From NCBI GenBank assembly GCA_964035545.1, contig OZ037772.1:4059538-4123537 (forward strand): DNA of 64,000 bases, written 5' to 3'. This document shows, in pieces, positions 11,704-22,263 of the stretch; the first letter of the stretch is position 1, and each line of letters opens with the position of its first letter. A model generated the notes under the pieces. The model worked only from the letters and a program-made list of their open reading frames with translations. It had not been told where the DNA came from and did not search any database. The translations under genes and the position numbers were made by a program. This stretch comes from Bugula neritina. Taxonomy: Eukaryota; Animalia; Bryozoa.

Positions 11704-12157
11704 CTTCCCTTTCTTCCTTTTGGGAATTCGACGGCGACGAGGTAGACGTTGGTAGTAAAGAGACCAGTCAACCCCCCTCCATCTTCCCCCTTTTGGGGAG
11801 ATTCCTTCCACTCTCTCCCCCCTTTGGGAGAGACTCCTTTGCCACGCTTGATTCTTCTGGGGACTCATCGATTCCCCCATCGCTTGGCTTCGACTAGACG
11901 AGTGTGAAGCAGTACATCTCCTTCTCACTAAGTTCATGCTACCCTACATCATTTGGTGAAGAGATTCCCCCCCCCCACCCTGTGACTGACCCGGATCGAT
12001 CGTGTACAACATGGACATCGTTTTGAATACATATTTTGTGTTCTCTCATTCCTGGTGGTTTTGATCTTTTTGTTTTATTTTGCCTTTATTCCTTTTGTTA
12101 TTTTTTTGAGATTATGTGCATCAATCGTAGAGTGTACTTTTCGATAGGTGTGGCGAG

Positions 12158-12566
12158 TGTGGTAGATTTTAGTGGTGCAAGTATATTGTATTAATCGAAA
12201 AGGTTTACTCTATATTGTTTTATGTATCTTGTGAGTTCGACACTGTCGGAGTGTAACTATGGACAGTAGTGGCACCATTAGTAGCCACCAATCAGGACAG
12301 TGACACTAATTGATAGCAGGTGGAGCTAGCTACTCGTAGTTGCAGTGCGCTGAGTAGCTAGCCGGCAGAGCAGCTTGGGACTTCATTTAGAACAGTTGTG
12401 TATTAAAGCTCACTAATTATGTAATCGTTTTCTATTCATGCTAGCAGTAAATAACCTTCTTGTATTTGTGTAAATAATAAAGTATCTTATCGTAAACAAC
12501 CTGTCGCAGTGGCTTTGATTAAGTAGACCCACAAATAATAATAGTGAACTGGCAAAATTCACTACA
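12158..12566 (+). repeat. 3' LTR of element A
   Basis: Near-identical copy of 5016-5424, preceded by an imperfect purine tract gataggtgtggcgag. Confidence 0.97.
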
Positions 12567-15500
12567 ATATTATATTTGTATCCTCTTATAAATAAATGTT
12601 TATTATACATGCCGGTCATAAAAGTCAATTCGTTATATAGTATACAAAATTAGATCAGTAAATAAACATGCTGCAGCTGAAGAATTACAAATAAAATGAG
12701 AAGGAAACAAAACGTTTTCAACTGGATGAGTCATCAGATGACATTGCTGTATAAAATTAGGAAAGAGAAAGCCTGTGGAAACAAAGCAACACTGAACTAC
12801 AACATGGCTAACAAATACCAGGTCAGCAGAAATAATATCAAAACTAATGAATAAAATACCAAGAGGTGTAAAATGTCAATATAAGTACACATAGAAAAAA
12901 TAGGTGATATACAGAATAAAAACTAACAGTTTAATATTGATAAAGCTTTTCATTTTCACACAAACATAATATCTTTACAAGGCATTATTGTATATATAAC
13001 TATTTGTATTAGGAGAGAAAAACAATATAATTTAGTATGCTCACATGGAGCTATAGAAGGAAATGTCAGCTAGAAGAGGAAGGAAATGGAGGTCAAGGCC
13101 AGCACGCAATGTCAAGGTCAACTGGAAGAAAGTAGTTTTAGGTCATGACTTGTCATTCTCAAACATGGCGGCTAGTTTGAGCACACTTTTGGACTAGAAG
13201 AGGAAGGAGGCGGGGAGACCACAGAACCCTCTGGGGAGGGAGGTAAAACACGCTTCAGCTACAAAGCAAGAGTTGAAAAGAGAAATAATTGAAAAAAGTT
13301 GAAATTTTACTCCATTTGATCAAAAATGAACAGATATTATTAAAAAAAATTTCCACAGATTTTAAAGCTGCTATTCCAGGACAACTATAGCATATTATAA
13401 TTATATTATCACCTCACTATATAATAATCATATTACATAATATATTATATTGTTTATATGCCACATTATCATTATATTTAATTGTAACCATACTATATTA
13501 TATACATTATAAATATGGTATATTATTATATTATATACTATCCATGTACATGACTTGCACCAAGTAGATGCTAAACGTTACCTTTTCTGTGTTGGCAACT
13601 TGGGGCAGAACTCTTTTGGGTCGAAGGTCTGAAATAGATGGGGAAGAGATGATTCACCGCCCCTAGCAGAGGCGTGATGTCAAGAGAAGAACCCGAGGCT
13701 TAGTTACGACAACTTCTTCTTATGGTGTTGGCGGCTTTGAGAAAGATAGCTCTGTCGTATTCCTTGCCTGAAAACAGGAAACGGGTCATTGTACTTCCAT
13801 AAACAAAGCATACATGAACTGTATCCGAAGCTCAAACTAACATATGTTAATAGTTATGGAAGATATAACAATCTTAATGAGAATTAAAGGCTCTATTAAT
13901 AGTAATCATTAGATATTTGAATTTGAATTGTGGGAGGCTAACGCACTCACCCTGAGTAAACATCAGTTTGAACAGAGCACTGAGGTTATCTCCAATACTG
14001 TTGAGACTAGCTATAGCCTGGGAGCACATTTCATATTGCAGGCACGGGTCTATGTCGGTAGGTTTCCTCTTTAGCGTGGCAGTTGCCGGCACCTGCACAA
14101 CATGAAATAACTACCACCTGCTATCCGTTGACATATGTGAGACCAGTTGCTAGTGACATCAAATGACAGGTACTTGGTAAGCAAATTTATACAAAGATGA
14201 GAGTTCTACTGTCACTTGATCAAAGCTTCCGACACTCATCCCCAGTGTGACTCATAAATTATATATGACTTAGGCTAGCAGGTGAGCATGAGCTCATTTT
14301 ATAAGCTATGTAGCTCAAAACTATGCAAGCATCCTACCATAAAGAGACACCCTTACACCGCACCATTAGTATGAGAGTCTTCATAAGAACTAAAGCTACA
14401 CTCAAGCCCCACAAACATGATAGAATATGTCACAGACACTTACTATTGCACATATAGTCTATGGATGAAAAGGTTGCAGTCAGGTTCTCTGTAGATGTAT
14501 GGATACATTGAGCAAGGGCACCTTGGGCACATGCCATGGGCACATCTGTTGACAGCTGTCAAGTACATGACAGTACATATTGATGCACTGCCTTATCTAT
14601 GTTACTCAGCAGTGCCTGCAAACAAATATGGAGGTATTACTTAGGAAATGAGCAGAATTCTTTTTATTTCAGATATTTTACATATTCTTACATTAACAAA
14701 GGCATAAACTTTAAACATCTACATAAAATATTAGAGATATGTTAACTTTTTCTGCAACATCTGTAAGTTAAACAGCAAAAAACAAGTTTATACCCAACAT
14801 CTTAATGTCAACCATTGGACAATCACCTGCATGAATTGAATGATGAGCCTGGATATCTTATTGCTGAGCTGTGACATCCTCTGCACAGTGTCTGCAAGGT
14901 GCTCTGAGTCAATATCATCACACATACTGGAGCACAGCTGGCACTGTTCCAACAACACCTCCGATGAGGTCACCAGTTGCAGACAACATGCCCCTGTAGC
15001 TTCTTGACACTGGGAATCTTCTGGCTCTATAAGTTTGTATCATGAGGATATATTTAATACGATGTTATGTGATTATATGGAGTTGTCATCACAATACAAA
15101 ATAGTGATAGTTTTGAGCAACAACTCTTATATTATTATATGAACTTATTGAGAAACAGCATCTTGGGAACATAGGCTTTACATTACTACATTACCATACA
15201 TACACATGTATAACAGAAGTTGAACAAAATATTTGTATATTCCTATCCTAAAGATTTAAATATTTTTCAAGTCAGTTGGGTTTTACCTTTTATATGTACA
15301 CTGTTCAGTGGAATGCTTCTTTTAAACAAACAAAGTGTTATTTAAACTCATTAATTTTAGTTGCCAAGGGAGATAAAGTTGCAGATAGTTTCTTTTCCTT
15401 TCAGATAAAACGTGTTACATATGCATATGAATATGTGCAACTGATGATAGCAATTATAATACAAATACCTTGCAACATAAAATAACACAACACCTGCAAA

Positions 15501-15783
15501 ATACTGCTTACAATCGAATTTGCAGCTCAAACTGTAATATTGAGTCTACCCTGTGGTGTAATGGTAGCAAGCCAGCGGGTGAACAGTTTTTAATTGAGTT
15601 TTGGGTTTAAAAAGAAATTAGGACTCACCTGCTGACGCTGCCTTGTAGCTCTCCAGAATGCTGCCAGCAGAGATTGTACCCAACTCACACTGCCGCAGTA
15701 TGCTGTCAAACACCTTCCTGCTCCCTGCATTGGTTGCTATAAACAGTACAGAGCTACACGTATGAGATAAGAATGGACTAACA

Positions 15784-15975
15784 GAGAGAGGGAGAGAGAG
15801 GGAGAGAGAGGGAGAGAGAGGGAGAGAGAGGGAGAGAGAGGGAGAGAGAGGGAGAGAGAGAGGGAGAGGGAGGGAGAGGGAGGGAGAGGGAGAGAGAGGG
15901 AGAGAGAGGGAGAGAGAGGGAGAGAGAGGGAGAGAGAGGGAGGGAGAGGGAGAGAGAGGGAGAGAGAGGGAGAGA

Positions 15976-16016
<41 letters not shown>

Positions 16017-16265
16017 AGAGAGAGGGAGAGAGAGGGAGAGAGAGGGAGAGAGAGGGAGAGGGAGGGAGAGGGAGGGAGAGGGAGAGAGAGGGAGAGAGAG
16101 GGAGAGAGAGGGAGAGAGAGAGAGAGAGAGAGAGGGAGGGAGAGAGAGGGAGAGAGAGGGAGAGAGAGGGAGAGAGAGGGAGAGGGAGGGAGAGGGAGGG
16201 AGAGGGAGAGAGAGGGAGAGAGAGGGAGAGAGAGGGAGAGAGAGGGAGAGAGAGGGAGAGAGAGG

Positions 16266-16301
<36 letters not shown>

Positions 16302-16352
16302 GAGGGAGGGAGAGAGAGGGAGAGGGAGAGGGAGAGAGAGGGAAAGAGAGAG
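15784..16352. repeat. Pure polypurine (GGAGAGAGAG)n tract in an intron
   Basis: About 570 bp of only G and A with a ~10-bp period. Confidence 0.97.
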
Positions 16353-17040
16353 AGGACAGATCAACAGTTACTAGCATCTAAATTTCCCCACAATTCTCAC
16401 CTGTTCTGTGATCTTCACCTTGATCTCTTCCAACTTGTGACTTGGTAACCTGCTGTCTCCACTGTTGGAATCTGGTCTTATACCCTCACTCTCATTGGAC
16501 GAGCCGTTAGCCAATAATGTGTGAGCAAATGGTGTGTTGGTGTTTAATGCTGAGTTATTACTAGTGTTTACTGCTGCCTGAGAGAGATTCGGCCTCAACT
16601 ACAAAACATAACAGGATAATCTACAGTACAAGGAGAGGATCTACAGTACAAGGAGAAGATCTACAGTACAAGGAGAGGGGGAATTATTTTCAACATGAAG
16701 AGTGTAAGCAAGTTCCAATAACAAGAAGCTAAACATTTGCCAACTTTGAGTCCTCTAACAGCTGCAAGGCCATCTTAAGCTTTTACCTAAACAAATGATG
16801 CCTAAGAACTTTTTAATCCCCACCCCAGAAAGAAACCTTGTGTCCATCACCTGAAAGACACACCATGTTTCTAATGTATTCCTTAGCTACAGTTTCACAA
16901 GAGAATGGATATGATATGTGAGTGGTAGATGAACTCACCTGGTCAGTCATTGAAAGTCGAATGAGTTCACTGGATATCACTCCGTCTGTGTCACACAGGA
17001 AGTGCTTCTTCTGAGAGTTCTGGACCTTTGTCTTCGCTCC

Positions 17041-17570
17041 TATGGCAACAGCAGGGAGACTATTAGTTACTATAGCAACAGTAGTGAAACTATTAGTTAC
17101 TATAGTAACAGCAGTGAAACTATTAGTTACTATAGCAACAGCAGTGAAACTATTAGTTACTATAGCAACAACAGTGAAACTATTAGTTACTATGGCAACA
17201 GCAATGAAATTATTAGTTACTATAGCAACAGCAGTGAAACTATTAGTTACTATAGCAACAGCAATGAAACTATTAGTTACTATGGCAACAGCAATGAAAC
17301 CAGTAGTTACTATAGTAACAGCAGTGGAACTATTAGTTACTATAGCAACAACAGTGAAACTATTAGTTAATATAGCAACAACAGTGAAACTATTAGTTAC
17401 TATGGCAACAGCAATGAAATTATTAGTTACTATAGCAACAGCAGTGAAACTATTAGTTACTATAGCAACAGCAATGAAACTATTAGTTACTATGGCAACA
17501 GCAATGAAACCAGTAGTTACTATAGTAACAGCAGTGGAACTATTAGTTACTATAGCAACAGCAGTGAAAC
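17041..17570. repeat. 30-bp minisatellite, about 17.5 copies, with core palindrome GTTACTATRGYAAC
   Basis: Unit tattagttactatagcaacagcagtgaaac; begins at the splice acceptor of the 16939-17039 exon. Confidence 0.97.
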
Positions 17571-20500
17571 TAGTAGCTTAACTAACTCGTGCACAGAGCA
17601 AATATAAAAATACACAGCTATAGTGTACACAAAATATATATAAATATACACAGCTATACACAGAGTATATATAAATATACACAGCAACAGTAAGGGTTGA
17701 CACCATAATTTAGAATGAAGGAAGATTCTGTTTTCACCTGAAGAAGGTAGAAGCTGTTGGGTGGTCCTGTGTTCAATAGATGAGAGATTATCTCGGTATA
17801 TGGTGTACGCATCATCAGATATGGGAGTGAGTCCTTGGTGGTCACATTTGAAGAGAGAGAAAGGTTCTGATACTCTGCGGGATATGTACAGTACATCGAT
17901 TCAGACATGTACAGATTTGATGGATATAACGGTTTGTCTACTGTGAGCTATAGTCTATAGCTATAGCCAACTATACTATGTATTGTACAGAAAGAAACAA
18001 TTTCTCTCTCGTATACAATGGCACATATTCAGATATATCTTTATTGTATACTGTGGTGTTACTAACTGGTCAATATTAATACAGTCTCTGCCCCCACTAC
18101 TATAAACCACATGTAAAACTAGTAACATTTCTGTCAATATCTATTAATCACAGTCTGAGAACAGCATGTATATAAATGATAACTTTTTACCAGTAAATAT
18201 TTCTACTGTAAGAACAGCTCACAGGAAATCCAGGTTGTCGACTACTGACTCATAATTATCACTAGTTGACTACTAGTAACCATGGTAACAACTAACATCC
18301 TATTACTATCAAATGTTACTTGCTATCACCTGAATAAGTATCAGAATAGAGGTATAATGTATGAATAGTGTTGGCAGACAGCAGCCTACCAGTATGTCAC
18401 TCTTAGTAACTGAGTCAATATACTGAGAAGTTACAGGGAGATGATACAATCCTTATATTTACTCTGCTGTACTAGACAAGGAACAAGAAAACTTGTGTTC
18501 TAATGTGCACCAAAATCTCTACTTAGCTACAAACATAGCTGATACTCTCCCCTGTTTATATAAAATAAAGTTGTAATCTAAAGAATACAAACACACTTTT
18601 CCTTAGTGGATGTCAGGACTGGACTACTCAAAGCTCTCACCAGTTTTAACTTCTCAGGAGCATTGAGGAACACGGTCTACAAAATACACCCACACATATC
18701 TAGAACTACCCTCTATATTCACTAAACAGAGTTCCTCAGTCTATTCAGCATGATAGGACAAACCCAGCAGGAAATAAACTCAAGGCTAAAACAGTTATCT
18801 GACTGCGAATCACACATTTTATGTTTCCACATTGAAGAACACATTTAACCAGCACACACTAGGCTAACTACAATCAGCTAGTCTCATGGTTCTCTCTCAT
18901 ACTACGGAGAGCTAAGTCTATCTAACTGGTGGCCAGCTATAAAGTTCTGAGTATTTATATAGTGTGCCCATGAATTGTTAACAGGGGGGGACTCAACTTC
19001 TTTAACCCCTTCGTCTCGAACTCTCTGTATAATACTTATATTATGGGGCGCAGTAGCTATGTATTTTTGTAAATTGAAAAAAGTATTTAAATATACTCCA
19101 GTTGCAGTTTTATAATAGATTTGGAGACAACTAGCTAATGTTTAAATGAAAACATTTAATGGCCTACACCAAGCTTGAAAATAATTAGATATAAGCCCAC
19201 CCCTTGTGCTAGTCACATATTCATATTCATAGCTGAGCTGAGATGAGCTGAAGCACACATCACAGTGGCTGATCATCACCACACACATTCTCACACTGTT
19301 CTCATAAACTGCAGAGTCAAGAATGGTACTTGAACTCGTACTGAAAGTGTTGCTCATAACTGTTCATATTGACACTAACATTATGAAGTTAGTAGTGATA
19401 TTTCATTTTCAATAGTAGGGCTTTTAGATGGTATTGATTCATCCACAATGAGAAATACTTGCAAATGTTGATAAATTATTTTATGATTGAATTGGTGAGT
19501 TATAATGTGTATCATTCAAATGAGAATACTGAACATGATCTGGTCACCTTGATTACCTCATATTGATTTATCATAATTGTCAGTATAATTGTGCCATAGA
19601 GAATTCTATTAAGTTTGAAAATTGACATTCAGTTTCACATTGCTCATTCAGCGATCCATGCTTAGTGTCACATTGGCCTTCAGGCTTAAAGCAACGAAAT
19701 CTAACAGTAACACTATCTATAAGTATATTTATATTATTATTAAGTATTAGCATTATGACATAAAATTAAACTTAAAGCCTGTCAGTTATAGTGTCTATGA
19801 AATTAAATTCCAAAAAAAAAAAAAACAAAAATAACACTTTTTATTCACGCTTCAACTTTCAAAACGAAGACTAAGTTCAACCCAACGAGGTAAAAGATGA
19901 CCATTTAATCAGTTGATCACAATGCCTAGTATGTTATCACATTCACGCAAGCTTTCACTGTGAATCACAATGATTATGAGTATGATTTAATGAGTATGGC
20001 AATCCCAACGACAATAAGTATAACTGTGAGTGACTGACTGAGTGTGACTGATAAGAGCCAGGCCAATGCCAGGGGCAATCGCAATCACAATCGGTATGAC
20101 TGAATCACTATCAGTATAAGTATTACAATCACAAAGTCAAATGACAATGCCATTATAGCACTATCAATATCATATTGAATTGAATTTTCATTTTGATTGC
20201 GATTATCAAATAGCACCCTCTTAGTTCTTACTATTACTTACAACTTGCTTATGCAAGAGAATTAAATCTTTAAAGCGTAGCATCCTTTTCAAGCAAAATA
20301 AGGATAATAAGTTTCGTCAAATTGAGTTAAAAACTACAACTTATAAGTCACAAGTATAAAGCAACTCATCACTAATCCTAGTGGGTACGGCAAGCATTAT
20401 TTATTTTACAATGCGACAAGATTATCTAGACGGTGCGCTTACGCCTCTCATTGTACTTAAGCAATATCCAATTGAATGGTTTTTATGACTTTAAAATCCG

Positions 20501-21057
20501 TTTTTGAGAAGCAAGGCTAGATAGAAATTAATGATCGATATTGACTCGCTAAGAGTACTCATGTAAACCCGCAAACTACAACTTTTAACTTGATCGCAAA
20601 GCTGGAAGTACCATAAGCGTCGCCGTATTGATTTCAGGCGAATTTTAGCTTATTTCTTTCAAACTGCTGAGAAGTAATAATTATTTGCTTCCATTTTATG
20701 TCTGTATCAGACATCAGGGCTATCGCGATACAATTATAAATGTTCTTAATTCTATCAATATTATGAAATAATTAATGTAGGAAATTCAATTTTGACTATA
20801 TAGAATAATCTCAATCTGAATAAGTAGTATTTATTTATTGTAACACTTGCAGTTGCACTTCGTCTTACTCTTACTCTTAGTCAGATAACATAGTACATAC
20901 TGATACTCATACTCAATCCCATACTCAATCTCATACTGAGTCCGATAGTCATAGTCATAGTGACAGTCTTTGCCATTTATTGCTAGATAATTTAAGCTAG
21001 TACTAGTACTACTACTAGTAGTACTACTACTAGTACTAATAATCACAGTAGTAATAG

Positions 21058-21363
21058 TGTGGTGGCTCGTGGAGCTACCAGCAACACAATACGCAAGGTT
21101 GCGTATTGACCCGGAACAATGTATTAGCCAATTAGCTAGGCTGTTTTATGAGTAATAGTAGCAGCTTCGCGCTACTAGCTCAGTTGAGGATAGTGCTGTA
21201 AATTAAATAGACGTGCGTATCATTACTGTTGTACATTAGATTTTACTATGTATTCTTGTATTAAAATATAACGATATCTACTCGACTCAACACGGTGCAG
21301 TTTCTCTAGTGATAAATAGACTCTCTTGGTGGCACATCAACCCTAAATCTGAAGACTATAACA
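21058..21363 (+). repeat. 5' LTR of element B
   Basis: TGTGGTGGCTCG...CTATAACA. Confidence 0.97.
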
Positions 21364-21364
21364 G

Positions 21365-21382
21365 TGGTGGCAGCGGTGGGAT
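21365..21382 (+). promoter_or_regulatory. Primer binding site, tRNA-Leu type
   Basis: TGGTGGCAGCGGTGGGAT, an 18-nt complement of the tRNA-Leu 3' end. Confidence 0.85.
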
Positions 21383-21396
21383 AGTGTACATCAAAG

Positions 21397-22263
21397 ATGG
21401 AGACTGAAAATGCTAGAATGCAACCACCCCCAGTAGAAGGTGAGCGTAGAAATGCTGTTAATCCTGTGAATCGTGAGGGAGAAGAAGCTTATAGACATTG
21501 CTTGAAAGCTCCCACCTTTACTGGGTCGGAAGATGTCGAACAATTTATACAAGAATTTAGAGAGGTAATGGAGGTTGCTCAATGGCCGCATAGAGTGGCC
21601 CTTATCCAATTGCGAAGAGCGGTGACGGAACAAGCCAAGCCGTACGGAGTGGGAACGGACGTAAACGGGATACTGGCTGCGCTGCGGGCCCGTTTTGGCA
21701 TCTCCACAATAGACGCTAGGACCAAGCTAGAGAGATTGTGCCGCGCCCCGCGGACCTCGCTGCAAGAACATGCCGCGACGGTGAAGAAGCTGGCGCAGAT
21801 TGCATATAGCGATCTGCCAGCACAACACCAAGAACGTTACACCTATGACGCCTTTGTCCAGTCACTAAACGACCTGGGCCTACACCATCAACTATGAGCT
21901 AAAGAGATAACCAGAATAGAGGATGCCCTGAAGGCTGGAGAAGCTTACCTGTTGGCTACCCAAATGCATAGAGCACAACGGAACCCACCAGTAGTTGGAG
22001 TCAGCGCTGCCAGGGCTACGACAGGTTCCGAAGCCCTCCCGCTAGAAGCCGAAGTGGACCGTATGGTAGAGATGCTGGGACAACTGGTCACCATTCTGGC
22101 CGGTGCTGGCCCCGGTCAGGCCCTGCGGGTGCCCCCAAGGCCTGTGGGGCAGGGCTGGAGTAGCGCTGATCAGGACCAGGGACAGAAAGGACGACCCCAA
22201 TACCAGGGGGCGTTAAACTGTCACAGCCCGCGGACACTCTCCCTCCCCGCGGGCCGCAACTGA
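21397..22263 (+). pseudogene. gag: Gag of element B with an in-frame TGA (21895-97); no CCHC knuckle
   Basis: Homology to element A gag continues in frame across the stop (HHQL*AKEITRIEDALKAGEAYL versus KQHLLVAEVETMERALKLGNAYF). Confidence 0.9.
22212..22254 (+). promoter_or_regulatory. -1 frameshift signal (G_UUA_AAC plus 8-bp GC hairpin)
   Basis: Heptamer at 22212-18, 7-nt spacer, stem gcccgcgg/ccgcgggc. The -1 frame encodes PEWQVPRR..NRF, as in element A. Confidence 0.82.

Larger units (their letters stand above)
5016..12566 (+). mobile_element. Full-length Gypsy (Ty3) LTR retrotransposon, element A
   Basis: 409-bp TG...CA LTRs, TSD ATAT (5012-5015 / 12567-12570), PBS, gag, and pol in PR-RT-RH-IN order. 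Confidence 0.98.
13144..18676 (-). pseudogene. Multi-exon disrupted gene, tentatively Inscuteable-like
   Basis: GT-AG exons at about 18641-18676, 17738-17873, 16939-17039, 16401-16598, 15629-15736, 14827-15026, 14441-14615, 13950-14092, 13582-13767 and 13144-13258. In-frame TGA at 14559-61, TAA at 13700-02, and an indel in the last exon. Peptides GVISSELIRL, VLLEQC...IDSEHL and Q|ALLSNID recall Inscuteable from memory; gene structure is more certain than identity. Confidence 0.6.

Noticed and set aside
12710-12745. Other CTGATGA...GAAA strings (also about 59125-59170, minus strand)
   Set aside because: Stems I and III do not pair; chance matches.
15618-17581. Long SL/SP-rich and LLVTIAT / ETISYYSN ORFs
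   Set aside because: Stop-free frames through the GA tract and the 30-bp minisatellite; intronic, apart from real exon ends.
19002-19020. TTAA-CCCCTTCG piggyBac-like terminus
   Set aside because: No matching opposite terminus or transposase found.
21895-21900. Programmed readthrough or selenocysteine at the gag TGA
   Set aside because: Context is UGA-GCU rather than UGA-CUA, element A has a sense codon there, and no SECIS was recognised.
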